In this document: positions 48,620 to 59,522 of the stretch, one piece after another | Numbering within the stretch: position 1 is the first letter of the stretch | How the letters are laid out: each line of letters begins with the position of its first letter | Origin: Camelus dromedarius | Lineage: Eukaryota | Length of the DNA stretch: 64,000 nt | NCBI RefSeq assembly: GCF_036321535.1 | Contig: NC_087441.1 | Coordinates: 6,138,001 to 6,202,000, forward strand | Direction: 5' to 3' | Notes under the pieces: model-generated | Databases searched by the model: none | Seen by the model: the letters and a program-made list of their open reading frames with translations, nothing else | Told to the model about the DNA's origin: nothing | Program-made: the position numbers and the translations under genes

Positions 48620-49889
48620 AAAGATAATAATGGAGATCACTGTTTTCCAAAGTGATGTTCGTGTAGCCCAAGTTCCAAGGGATTTTACGTACAAGGAGGA
48701 GGACTGGAGTGGAGCAGAGAGACTTGGAAACAAATGTTAAACTCGGTTAGACAGGGCTTTCTTGTGTAGGACTTAAAGCTTTCAACATGCAAACATGCAT
48801 CTGCTTGAATAAGTAGAATACCACAATCAGCCTTTCTTAAATTCTTTAGAGCAAGAGCTGCCTTTTATCTGGTACGTGTTACAAGGCAGGTGTTTCATGG
48901 AACGACTTGGGAGTCACATCGTTTGCTTTGTCTGAATAGCAAGGGGACCACAGTATGCTTGTAGAGGAGCTGGTGGAACCGCAGGGTTGGAGCATTAGAC
49001 TTACAACATTCTCCTCTTTGCAGAGAACTACTGAAGTATGAGTTTTTTCATTGTATGCCATATTTGTCTTAGAGGTATTTTTGAAATACGTATTTTTATA
49101 GTGCAATCTTTCTTGTTCTTGAGCTGCTACTGATACATAGTGTTAGGGATTTCAGATCCGTAGAGAAGGTAGGATGATATTTTCTGACTGTGTGTGGTTA
49201 GTAAAGTATTTTCAAGTGGCTCCTATTAAACGAACAAGAGATTTTTCAACTTCATAGAATAAAGGATATTACCGTAAATAAAACAAGGTCACACAGTGGG
49301 TCTCAGTATAAGTCAGTCCCATAAAATTTAAGTGCACAGGACAGTGTGGACGTGACAGAGGAGTCATGGCTTGTGCTTTTTGTTCTTGTTTTCTGCGCCG
49401 TTGGAAATTGCTGCAGTGACGTGGATGAGAGCTGTCACGGTGATGTTTGCCTGGGCCACGCCCGGCTGTCACTGCCCTGGTGGGGCCACTCTCACAAGGT
49501 GGCCCGTTGGAGTGCCCACCTGGCATCCTGAATGGCGGTCCTCCCTTCCCTGTCCTTCCCGAGGGCCACTGGAGTTCCAGGGGGCGGAGGCCACGTTCCA
49601 TCTCATTACACTAGTGACTTTTACCCCCCACGACGTCCAGGCCCTCTACCATCACGTGTTAGGGGCCTCACAGACACATGTTATGTTCTACTTCTTCTGA
49701 CTTGCCTCCGGCTCTCTTTCCTCCTTAAGGAATCCCCTGAACGCTAGCCCCCCAAAGGAGCTGGTTCCTCCTCTATATTTATCTGGGTAATGGCCCCCAT
49801 CATTCCTCCTTGCACTGGATTTTCTTGATTTCCCACCCGCTACCTTTAGAAAAGAGCCTCATGGACCTGACATCATTCATGTTGGCTCA

Positions 49890-49991
49890 CTGGTCACCCT
49901 CTCTGGTCCTCATCTGGTCACCCTGTCTGGTCCCCATCTGGTCACCCTCTCTGGTCCTCATCTGGTCACCCTGTCTGGTCCCCATCTGGTC
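49890..49991. repeat. 24-bp minisatellite x4.25 arranged as two 48-bp A-B dimers
   Basis: A=CTGGTCACCCTCTCTGGTCCTCAT (49890, 49938), B=CTGGTCACCCTGTCTGGTCCCCAT (49914, 49962), then CTGGTC. Confidence 0.97.
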
Positions 49992-50061
49992 TTCCACGGC
50001 GCTATGCACATGCTGGGTCCTGAGGTGCGATCGTCACGGCAGTTCCTTTGCTTGCTCACAC

Positions 50062-50435
50062 TCTTTTTTGCAAACACATATAGAACTTAAAGTTTACCGC
50101 TTATAAGCATCTTTAAGTGCGCGGTTCAGCGGCATTACGTGTATTCATAATGTTGAGTAACCGTCACCATTCTCTATTTCCAAAAGTTTTCATCACCCCA
50201 AGCAGAAACTCTGTTCCCATTAGGCATTCCTCCCAGGCCCTGGTAACCCCTAATCTACTTTCTGTCTCTCTGAATTTGCCTACGCTAGATATTCCATGTA
50301 AGTGGAATCATGGACTATTTGTCCTTTGGTGCCTGGCTTCACATAATGTTTGTCACTCAGCATAATGTCAGAATTTCATTCCTTTGCATGGCTGAATTAT
50401 ATTCCATTGTAGGTAGGTACCACACTTTGTTTCTG
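50062..50435 (-). mobile_element. L1MB-type 3' end
   Basis: AAAGTTTACC...TTTAAGTGCGCGGTTCAGCGGCATTA...TTTCCAAAAGTTTTCATCACCCCAAGCAGAAACTCTG...CCCAGGCCCTGGTAACCCCTAATCTACTTTCTGTCTCT...GTGGAATCAT. Confidence 0.85.
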
Positions 50436-51074
50436 CCACTTCCTTTTAAAGTTTATTCAGCTGGAAGAGTCCTTTGTCCTCCCGAATCAAAAGTCAGGCG
50501 GGCTCTCTGACTTTTAGTCACTTGGAAGCAATAAAAAGTCTGCAAGCCACTTTATCTTGTGCAATCATACTCTCAATTCGTTAAAAATCCCTTGTCTCAA
50601 AAAATCAAGCTGACGTAGCATTAAACCTTCTCCCCTCGCCCCTGAGACCAGCCCTCTGCATCACGCCTACGTGCACGTGGTGTAGAAGCCCAGACAGGCG
50701 GCTGGGGCTCACCCGGTTGCTCTCAGGGTTCATCCGGTCCTACCTGTATCCCTGACTCTTGGTCATCTCAGATTAGAGTTGACAGTAAACAGTGATAACT
50801 GATTATTCACTTTATTCCCCTGAGAAGTGCCCACTTCATCAATTGCCAAATCCAGGTTTTTTATTTCCAGTGCTTAAAATTGGTTTGCCTGGAATAACAG
50901 TAGCCCTTTGTTAGTGCCTGTGATGTTTCAGCCTCATCACAGGATCATCCCTGCAGACCAAAGCTCCGTGTCCTAATTTGGGCAGCAAAACCCTAACCCC
51001 TGTTCCTGTAGGTAAAACAGTCATGTGATCCTGCCAGAAATACAGTTCATGGACGTCACCGCAAAGGTTTGTGA

Positions 51075-51300
51075 AGATCCGTGTGGAGGATACTTCTGTA
51101 GCGCTGTTTTATGGCGCTGTTTTGTAATAGATAAGAACTTGGAGACAATCAAATTGTCACTAATATCATAGTGGTTAAATCTATCTTTGGCATGTCTATA
51201 CAATAAAATATAATATCCTGTTTAAAAGAATAAGGTCAATCTATGTGCTGATGTGAAACAATTTTTAATATATAGAATTAAGTGAAAAGAGCAAGAAAAA
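51075..51300 (+). mobile_element. Old L1 (L1ME-type) ORF2-end/3' fragment
   Basis: GCGCTGTTTTGTAATAGATAAGAACTTGGAGACAATCAAATTGTC...TGGTTAAAT...CTATACAATAAAATAT...TTTAAAAGAATAAGGTCAATCTATGTGCTGATGTG. Confidence 0.6.
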
Positions 51301-51834
51301 AAAGATCATTGCTCATAAATACATAAAATATTTCCTGGAAAGAATTAAAGAAACCAGCAGTGGTTGCCTTTGGATGGAGAAAGTGGGGATAAACCAGGAG
51401 GAAGCTTTCACTTCTCAGTTTGTAATTTTCTGAAACATCTGAGGTTTCTGAACATACAGATATATTACTTTTACTTTGTATAACATAAGGGATTATCTTA
51501 GTTTATGGGTTTTCTTAATGAATTAAACTTCTTATGTTTAAAAAAAAGCTAGTAATGTTACTTGTTAAAGATAAAAGCAGAGCGAGCAATAATTAAATTA
51601 AGTAGAATTTTACACCATTTCAAACATACTGTTTCTTTGGGGTTGGACTAGAGAGAAGGAAATATGTCCTCCCCTGGCAGAGAGCAAGGGCATGGAAACC
51701 AAATCATAAAGCCTAGCTGGTGTTCAAGGAGTGACTGGTGTGGGCGGTCCACCTCGGCATTCTTTCAAACATTTAATTGGCATAGAGCACACTCTCCTGT
51801 CATACTGACTTAGTTGAATGGCTTGTTTAAGTAA

Positions 51835-51998
51835 NNNNNNNNNNNNNNNNNNNNNNNNNNNNNNNNNNNNNNNNNNNNNNNNNNNNNNNNNNNNNNNNNN
51901 NNNNNNNNNNNNNNNNNNNNNNNNNNNNNNNNNNNNNNNNNNNNNNNNNNNNNNNNNNNNNNNNNNNNNNNNNNNNNNNNNNNNNNNNNNNNNNNNNN
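51835..51998. other. Assembly gap (164 N)
   Basis: Run of N. Confidence 1.
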
Positions 51999-52410
51999 AC
52001 ATGGATGGCCCTCGATGACATAAGTCAGGTTATCAAACTGACACAAGTCAGACAAATGTCATACAGTATCACTTATATGTAGAATCTAAAAACTGATGCA
52101 AATGAACTTATTTATAAAACAAAAACAGACTCACAGACATAGAAAACAAACTTATGGTTATCAAATGAGAAAGGGGGAAGGAATAAATTAGGAGCTTGGG
52201 ATTCAGATACAAAATATTATTTATAAAATAGATACACAACAATGTCATAATGTATAGCATGGGTAACTATATTCAATATCCAGTAATAACCTATAATGAA
52301 AAAGAGTATATGTATATGTGTAACTGAATCACAGTGCTAAACACCAGAAACTAACACAACATTATAAATCAATTATACTTCAATAATAAAAAAGAAAGAA
52401 AAAGAAAAAT
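51999..52410 (+). mobile_element. L1 3' end (5' junction hidden in the gap)
   Basis: ACATGGATGG...TATCACTTATATGTAGAATCTAAAAA...CAAATGAACTTATTTATAAAACAAAAACAGACTCACAGACATAGAAAACAAACTTATGGTTA...CAACATTATAAATCAATTATACTTCAATAATAAAAAAG. Confidence 0.9.
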
Positions 52411-53343
52411 GAGAGTGAACTCTGGTAGGAAATTTAATTTATGATCTCAAAATTGGTTTTATGAAACATGTCACCAAAAACATTGAACAGCTGAATGCAG
52501 ATAGGCAAATTTCCATTTCTGTGTAGTTTTTAAATAGTTTTTAAATAGTTTAAGTAGTTTCAGAAGTACAGGAAAATATTTCTGATGGTATTTTGCACAT
52601 ATCTGTATTCTAGGAATTTTATTCCTACAGTGTATTTTATTGTTGCTTTTTATTTATCTTCTTATTTTTGTTTATACCTGTTTTCAGTAAAATATAGACA
52701 GAGTTCAATGTGGCCCTAACAAACAAACAAACAAACAAATACACTCAGCACTTGAGTAACGTGCATTTCTCATTGTTGGTCAAACATTCCATTGTAAATT
52801 GGTAAATTACTAGGTCCGTTCTCCACAAACTCCTGGGAGGGAATGAGGCTTTTCCTGGGTAAAGACAAGTCGGTGGTCCCCAAGGGTCTATAACTGACTC
52901 AGAAACCAAGTGCTCCCTGGATCCCAAGAAATGCAGTCAGCCTTCCTCCCTGTCCGTTTTGCATTTTAGTGGCCCAAGGATTCTTCCAGGTGAGGTCCTC
53001 CATCTCTTCTGCCTCTTCAACAAAGAATGAATGAAACTACGAATAGAGCCTTGAAGGCTTCCCCAGGCAAACCTGACCCACCCTGGCCTGATCTGACTCC
53101 CGCTTCCCTCTGGATGGGAGGCCTGGAGGATGGACACCTTTCAGGACTACCTGAGCCTGCGATACAGGCCTTTGTCCACCTGTCCATGTAAAACTTCATA
53201 TAGTGAATAGTGAATCAGATTTTTGTGTGTGTTAATTTATTTAAGGATTTTTTTTCAAGGAGAAGAAAAAAGTCAAGTCAGACTACAAGCGCATGGGGAA
53301 GGCACAGGCCAAATGGGTGCACTTTCCCCATCTGTCCATTCTT

Positions 53344-53804
53344 TTTTTTTTTTTAATTTTTGTTGAAGTGTAGTTAATTTACAATGTTAGTTATAATGTT
53401 AGTGTACAACAAAGTGATTTAGTTGTAGATATACATACAAATTTTTTCTTTTCAGGTTCTTTTCCATCATATGTTATTACAAGAAATTGAATATAGTTCC
53501 CCATGCTCTACACTCCTAGGTCCTTGTTGTTTATCTATTTTGTATATAGTAACATCTGTCTTTTCATCCCCAACCCCTAATTTATCCCTCCCCCTCTTTC
53601 CTCTTTGGTAACCACAGTTTATTTTCTATGTCTGTGAGTCTGTTTTGGGTTTGTAAANNNNNNNNNNNNNNNNNNNNNNNNNNNNNNNNNNNNNNNNNNN
53701 NNNNNNNNNNNNNNNNNNNNNNNNNNNNNNNNNNNNNNNNNNNNNNNNNNNNNNNNNNNNNNNNNNNNNNNNNNNNNNNNNNNNNNNNNNNNNNNNNNTT
53801 TTAT
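53344..53804 (-). mobile_element. 5'-truncated L1 3' end with an internal N gap
   Basis: Poly-T, TTGAAGTGTAGTTAATTTACAATG...GAATATAGTTCCCCATGCT...TTTGGTAACCACAGTTT...CTATGTCTGTGAGTCTG. 17-bp TSD CCCATCTG(T/C)CCATTCTT at 53327-53343 and 53805-53821. Confidence 0.92.
53658..53797. other. Assembly gap (140 N)
   Basis: Run of N. Confidence 1.
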
Positions 53805-55217
53805 CCCATCTGCCCATTCTTGAACCAGAGGCAGCAGAAGGAATCCTTTCAGAGGGAGAGCACACTATTTGATGCAGTCTAGGAAGTAATTTGGCAAGTG
53901 GACCTGTTACTGAACTTCCAAAAAGAAAGCAATTTTCTTCCTCCGTTCTATAGAAGTAGACCCAGAAAGCCTGTTTCTTCCCCCAGTCCATGCCCCTCAT
54001 CACCCTCTTTTAGGAAGAAACAGTATTGTTCCTGACATACATGCTTCTTCACAAAGCCTTGCTGGTTATTGTTCAGGGTGCAGCGACAGTCTGGGAATTC
54101 AATGTTGAGTGATTTTTTTTTCCCCCAGTTCCTCTCAAGGTACTGGTGTTAACTGACAGGTCCATAATTCAAAGGACATCTGAATTAGCTATTCCTGTGG
54201 CTACCGGCACAGACAGAACCCACCCCACTTACAGATTGTCACCTATCCCTAAAGAATCCTTAAGCAAATTACTGGGTACAAGTATTCATATCACCTCTTT
54301 CCTCTATGAACTTGAAGCATTGTTCTTGATGTACGCAAACCTGCACGTTGGAACTGCCTGGTTATTTGGAGGAAATAATAAAAGAAGAGATACTGAATGC
54401 AGTCAAGTATAAGTGAGTCTTTTGCAGAAATAAGATAGAATTTCACTTGCTTGATTTTTCAAGAATGTGAAAAGCTTGGAATGGATGCCTTCTAGAAAAG
54501 AAATCACAAGAAAAGAGTTATCAGCCTTCTTTAGACCAGTCACGCAAATGTTTTACAGGTAAACAGGGCATAGAAAGTAAAGTTATATTCAGAAGATGGC
54601 TGCTATTTGGAAAGAAAGAAACCCAATCAAAGATAGCTTCTGAAAGACTCCTTTATGTGAGAACACGGCTGGGCTTTTGTATCAGCTGTATTGTATTACT
54701 GTGAAGTGCAGGGATGGCTTAATCAATAAGAAAAGTTGGGGTAGAAAGATAGGATTAAAGAGATAAGATCTTTGCTAGACTAAATCAATTGAGCCAGAAC
54801 CTCCCATAGTGAGCTGGGTGGAAATTGCTTTACGTTATGAATGTTCCAGGGATTTTTTAAAGGTCTCAAAATTGGTGTTTGGAGATTACGTTGCTGTGTG
54901 TATTTTTAGTTCGCTGTTCTGGAGAAACCAAAGATTATTTTTCTAAGACCTCAGAAAGGCGCTAAGCTTCAGCAGTATACATGGTTTAGATACACACTTA
55001 CTGGTTGTGCTTTTAATAGCACAAGCACCATTTTAAAAGTCATTGATACATAATCACAAATTGGTAGGGACACAAATTACCCCGGAAAGTTTAGAAAATA
55101 ACCAGCTTGAAACCTACACTAAAGGCCATTTAACTTCCCTCTATGAACAGGATTTCTTGCTGCTAGAGCCAGACCCCTGAGCTCCTGGCTACCCGGCCAG
55201 TTGTGTGAGTTTCTGTC

Positions 55218-55248
55218 GGGTTAGGGTTAGGGTTAGGGTTAGGGTTAG
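55218..55248 (+). repeat. Short interstitial telomeric sequence GGG(TTAGGG)4TTAG = G(GGTTAG)5
   Basis: Perfect vertebrate telomere hexamers flanked by non-telomeric sequence (…TTCTGTC | AATCCGTG…). Confidence 0.97.
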
Positions 55249-56040
55249 AATCCGTGTGGGCCTCAGCTGGTTATAGGACAGTGTTGGTTTCCCTCCTGAG
55301 TTCCATCATCCCATTTTCTTGCTAACAGAACACTGATTTTTTTTTTTTTTTAAGTATTCTCCTTTTGGAGAGGTGACCTTATTCAGAGTCAGAAGGGAAT
55401 CCTGAGTCATCTAAGCCAGTCCTGTTTACCCCTGTGATGCTTACTAGGCAAAGTTTAGGAAGAACTTTGATCCGGTGAACTTGATGGCACCCCTCAGTTA
55501 CCCAGCTCAAAAGCCACTCTGTTGTTGGACTGAGCCTTATGTGAAAGATTACTTTTCCTTTTTGTGTAAGCTCCTTGTATCGAACTTCCTGTTTCTCCAG
55601 CTAAAATCTCTTAACTGGTCCATGGAAATCGGTACATTTCTTAAAAATGACCAGACGAGTTCATCCACTCACGGACTTTGGCAGGTAACACAAAAAGAGG
55701 CGCTTGCTAAGCTAAGGTCTTTCTAATAGCAGGCAAAATCGCCTTCAGATGACATCCCATAATACTCCGTGCGGCCACTGCAGCTGTAAGCAGCAGTAAG
55801 AGGTGCCTCCTCGTCCCTCTCTGGCTAAATGGATCGTGATGCACCCACCCCATTACATCGTTCAGACATTAGTGCCGCGCTGTGGGACCGGGGCCGGAAG
55901 CAGCAATGTCTTAACTAGATGGAAGTTTATTTCTCTCGCTCTTAAAAACCTTGAGCCGGGATGATGGCTGTGCTCCACGATGCTGGCCTCATCTGAGTGG
56001 TACAGGTGGTCCAGCACCGTGTCCACATTTCAGCCAGGAC

Positions 56041-56210
56041 CAGAGAAGACCGGGAAGAGGAGGACATGCCGCTCCTAAGGCCTGATCCGTAAGAGGCGCG
56101 CCGCACCCCACCCGCCGCCCGCGGAGGGCAGCCGGCTGCGTGGCCCGCGTCAGCGCCAGCCGCCGGGGCGCCTGCGTCCCGCTGAAACGGCTGCTTAGGA
56201 GGAAGGGGCG
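56041..56210. promoter_or_regulatory. Small intronic CpG/GC-rich patch (candidate regulatory element)
   Basis: 22 CpGs counted in 170 bp, with GC-box-like CCCGCCGCCCGC and a half-CRE CGTCA. Function is inferred only. Confidence 0.4.
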
Positions 56211-56944
56211 AATGGGGGGTGGTGATAAAGTCGTTCTCTGCCACATCCGCCTATGTCCTCCCCTTCCTGTGACCCTCTTACAGTCTCAGATTTTTGCATT
56301 TTCAGGCAGAATTGCAAAAAAAAAAAATCTCTGAGCAGAATGCTCCTTCCTCTTTATTTCTAACAGGACTGAGAGCTTGCTTGGCGATCTTTTCTTTAAA
56401 CAATGTATGTCTTTCACTTCTGTATTCAAAGGCATGAAAATTAGACCTCCAGCTCTCCGCAACACCCGTAAAGTTGTATTCACCCCGACAGTAAGAGGTG
56501 TTGCCACAATAACTTTCCGAATTTGTGCAGATGAATAGAGGCAGCAGCCAGTATTTCCAGAGGCTGAGAGGAGCGGCACAATTCTAGAAAATTCCCTCGT
56601 TGGACTGAAGTCTTCACCTGCTGATCTTTTTGTTCTAATTTTACATACAAATGCACTGCTTAACTGTGCAGAACCAAACAGACCGCAGTTAAAGCTTTTG
56701 GAGTTACAAATTGAATATGAGGTTTCCTGTGGCACTGGGGTAACGTCAGCCTCTGATTTCCATTTCCAACAGCCGTCCTAGGACTTGCAGCTTTTGTTCT
56801 TCTGCTGCAATCACTAGAAGTCAAGCTGTTTTCAGCAACTAAGCTGTTCTAATAAGAAACATTCACTGGAGGAAAAAGTCAATATATCTTCCCTTACATT
56901 TAAAATAAGTCCGTAATACCTACCAGGGAAAGTTATTTATGTAT

Positions 56945-57330
56945 TGTAAATGGTTCATTGATTGTCCACTGTGCGTGTGGCGTTGCGCTGGGCACTGCGG
57001 GCTCAGGGAGGCGAGGACATGGCACAGTGATGGGGAAACACAATCGGGTGGCAAGACAAGACGCCCAGCGGGAAACAGCACACCCATATGGCAGCATAAA
57101 ATCATGCCAAGGAACGTGCCACAGACACTGAGAAAGGGCGAGGGCCTTCTCACCCAGCGCCCTTACCACCTTGAACACAGCTCCTTTTAACATAGTCGCA
57201 TTGCTTGTTTACATCCCACGTACCCCCGTTAACCTGTGGGCCCCTGGCGGGGCCAGCCGGCGACATTCGACCCGCGTGTGTATCCTCCGCATCTAGCGGG
57301 GTGTTCAGCACACACCTAGTCATGTGTCCC
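56945..57330. mobile_element. Two short L2 3' fragments in opposite orientations (about 56945-57140 minus, 57200-57330 plus), unusually GC/CpG-rich
   Basis: TTCATTGATTGTCCACTGTGCGTGTGGCGTTGCGCTGGGCACTGCGGG and CCCCCGTTAACCTGTGGGCCCCTGGCGGGGCCAG...GTATCCTCCGCATCTAGCGGGGTGTTCAGCACAC align loosely with the L2 3' terminus. Confidence 0.5.
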
Positions 57331-57633
57331 GTTCAACAGTGAGAGGAGAAGGCTTTGAACTGTTGAGGGTGGGGAGCTTCATTAAAGGGCTGGAAGGTTG
57401 GAGAAATTTTGCCTAATGGGGACAGGAGATATTCTAGGCATAAGACTCTGCACCAGCCCCCCAGTAAAACTCCTGCGTGTGAATCTCCGAGTCCGTTTCC
57501 CAGGGAACCCGTCCTGAGATAGGCCTTCGTAGACCAGCCTCTTTAAGGAAGATGCTTTAGAAGCATTGAGGGGTTGGAAAGAACTTTAGAAGAAAATGTA
57601 GAGTGATACCATTTTTGTAATATTTAAAAACAC

Positions 57634-57790
57634 GGGGCAGAAGGGCGCAGCTTAGCGGTAGAGTGCGTGCTTAGCATGCACGAGGTCCTAGGTCCAATTC
57701 CCAGTCCCTCCATTAAAATAAATAAATGAACAAACAAATAAACGAACCTAGTTACCTCCTTCCAAAAATAAATTTTTTCAAGAAAAATTT
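57634..57790 (+). mobile_element. Camelid tRNA-derived SINE (Vic-1-like)
   Basis: GGGCGCAGCTTAGCGGTAGAGTGCGTGCTTAGCATGCACGAGGTCCTAGGTCCAATTCCCAGTCCCTCCATTAAAATAAATAAAT...AACCTAGTTACCTCC. Confidence 0.92.
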
Positions 57791-58179
57791 TTAACCACAC
57801 AGAAGCATTCTTAACGCTGTTTGAAAATGTATAAATAAATCTGTGGGGATGATAACACCAAAGTTGGAAGAGTATTTCCTTTTTCCGTGAAGAGGTGGTT
57901 GAGAGGAAGAGAAATGGGGTCCAGGAGGGGTACACAGGGGAAAAAAGACTCTGCACCAAACTGAAGGTAGAGAAGAGGGAGGGGGGAAGTGAGGAGGTGA
58001 CTCGGGAGGGGTGGGGCCCAGGGGCTTTTACTCGCTCGGCTGTGGATCTTGGACTTTGTCCCACCGACCGTGGAGACCAGGGAGGGGCTTTCAGGGAACT
58101 AACATGCTCACATCTTTTGGAAAAAATAATTTAGCGTCAGTGTGGCATGTGGATGGAAATGGGAAATGTCTGAAGTCAC

Positions 58180-58570
58180 TGCTAAAAGGTAAACTAAGGC
58201 ACAATAAAATTTTCAAGAGTTGATTTGAGCAAACATGGAATCGAATCAGGCAGCCTCCAACCTAAAGCGGTTAGGAGCCTCCACCAATAGGAGCTGGCAG
58301 GGAGGTTTTTACGGGGAAGATGCTGACGCAAAGCAAGGAGACGATCTGATTGGCTACGGCTGAGGCGGGTGCCTTGTTTGGGAAAACCAGTTGGCCGTCT
58401 GTGATCTGTTGTCCTCAAGCTTCCTGTTCTACGATTCCAGTGCGCGGACCCGGGCTCAGGTTCTAGTTTGTTTATGTAGGTCGGGGAGGCGTCAGCGCCG
58501 CCGCCGTCGGTCTGACTCCCGTGACACCGCCGAGACCACTGTGACCAATGTTGTCTCAAATTAATATAAC
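58180..58570 (-). mobile_element. ERV1 LTR (MER4-group-like), possibly followed by a short internal stub
   Basis: TGCTAAAAGGTAAACT...AAATTTTCAAGAGTTGATTTGAGCAAAC...GAATCAGGCAGCCTCC...CTGATTGGCTACGGCTGAGG...GCCTTGTTTG. CCCTCC right after the end could be a reversed polypurine tract. Confidence 0.7.
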
Positions 58571-59432
58571 CCTCCTGAAACCCTTGCAAACCAGATATTA
58601 CCATTATCTTTTTTTCCTCATACAGGTTTTTCAGAAATTATTTTAGGGATTCTAGTTTTGCGATATTAATTTCTAGTCAGATCGTCACCTTAGGGCTGAG
58701 GAAGACTTAGATCGCTTTTTCGGTTTAGAGATTATTTAGAAGCTGGACTCACAAACAGTCCCCATATAATGTTTAATAGGTGATGTGTAAAAATCACAGT
58801 AATGCAATGCGCCCTATAATATTTACACACCTCTTTCTTACGCTATGCCCAGTTTACTGCCTTTTATTTTATCTACAAATAAATGCTTAATATTTAATAA
58901 TCTTCAGTATTAACTATTCCTCTTTGTCTCCTTGACATCTACCGTGGTATCCAACACACATATAATCATGTAAGAGGGTTTCATATTTAAGTCCCTCAAG
59001 TGAAAGCATTTCCAGCTAGTAATTGTGAAAGTTTTTTTAACAATATTTGAGAAATGGAGGAAGTGACAAGGTGTGGACCTTGCAGCCGCCCTCTCTGCTC
59101 TGATGTCTCTGCATCCACGCACTCAGTGAACAGAACAGAGGGAAAGACGTATCGTGAAGTTTTCCAAGGTTTGGGGGCAGAAGAAGAACCCTGATGATGA
59201 GATGTCAGGCATGTTGCCATGGGAACACATTCCTTCTCTAACCCCCATTAGTTTCTGTTTAGCAAGAGTGTGTTTTCCTAAACAAATTTATTTTGAAAAT
59301 ACAAAAGTAGGTGAAAAGCACAAAGTCATTTATAATGACCCTAGATATTTTAAATGTCTCAACACTGTTTGACATTAGTGAATTGGGAATCATGGCCTAT
59401 CTTGGACCTGGCCTCGCTATTCCCTGAGCAGA

Positions 59433-59522
59433 TCACACACACACACACACAAATACACACCACCATGCCACACACACACAAATACACACATTACACACAT
59501 ACATACCACAAACACACACAAA
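59433..59522. repeat. Degenerate CA-rich simple repeat
   Basis: (CA)n interrupted by AAAT/CAT units. Confidence 0.9.

Noticed and set aside
57237-57250. CTCF-like site (minus strand CCGCCAGGGGCCCA); weaker ones near 6192, 34880 and 35369
   Set aside because: Each has three or more mismatches to the core, and none is distinguishable from background without a PWM scan or ChIP data.
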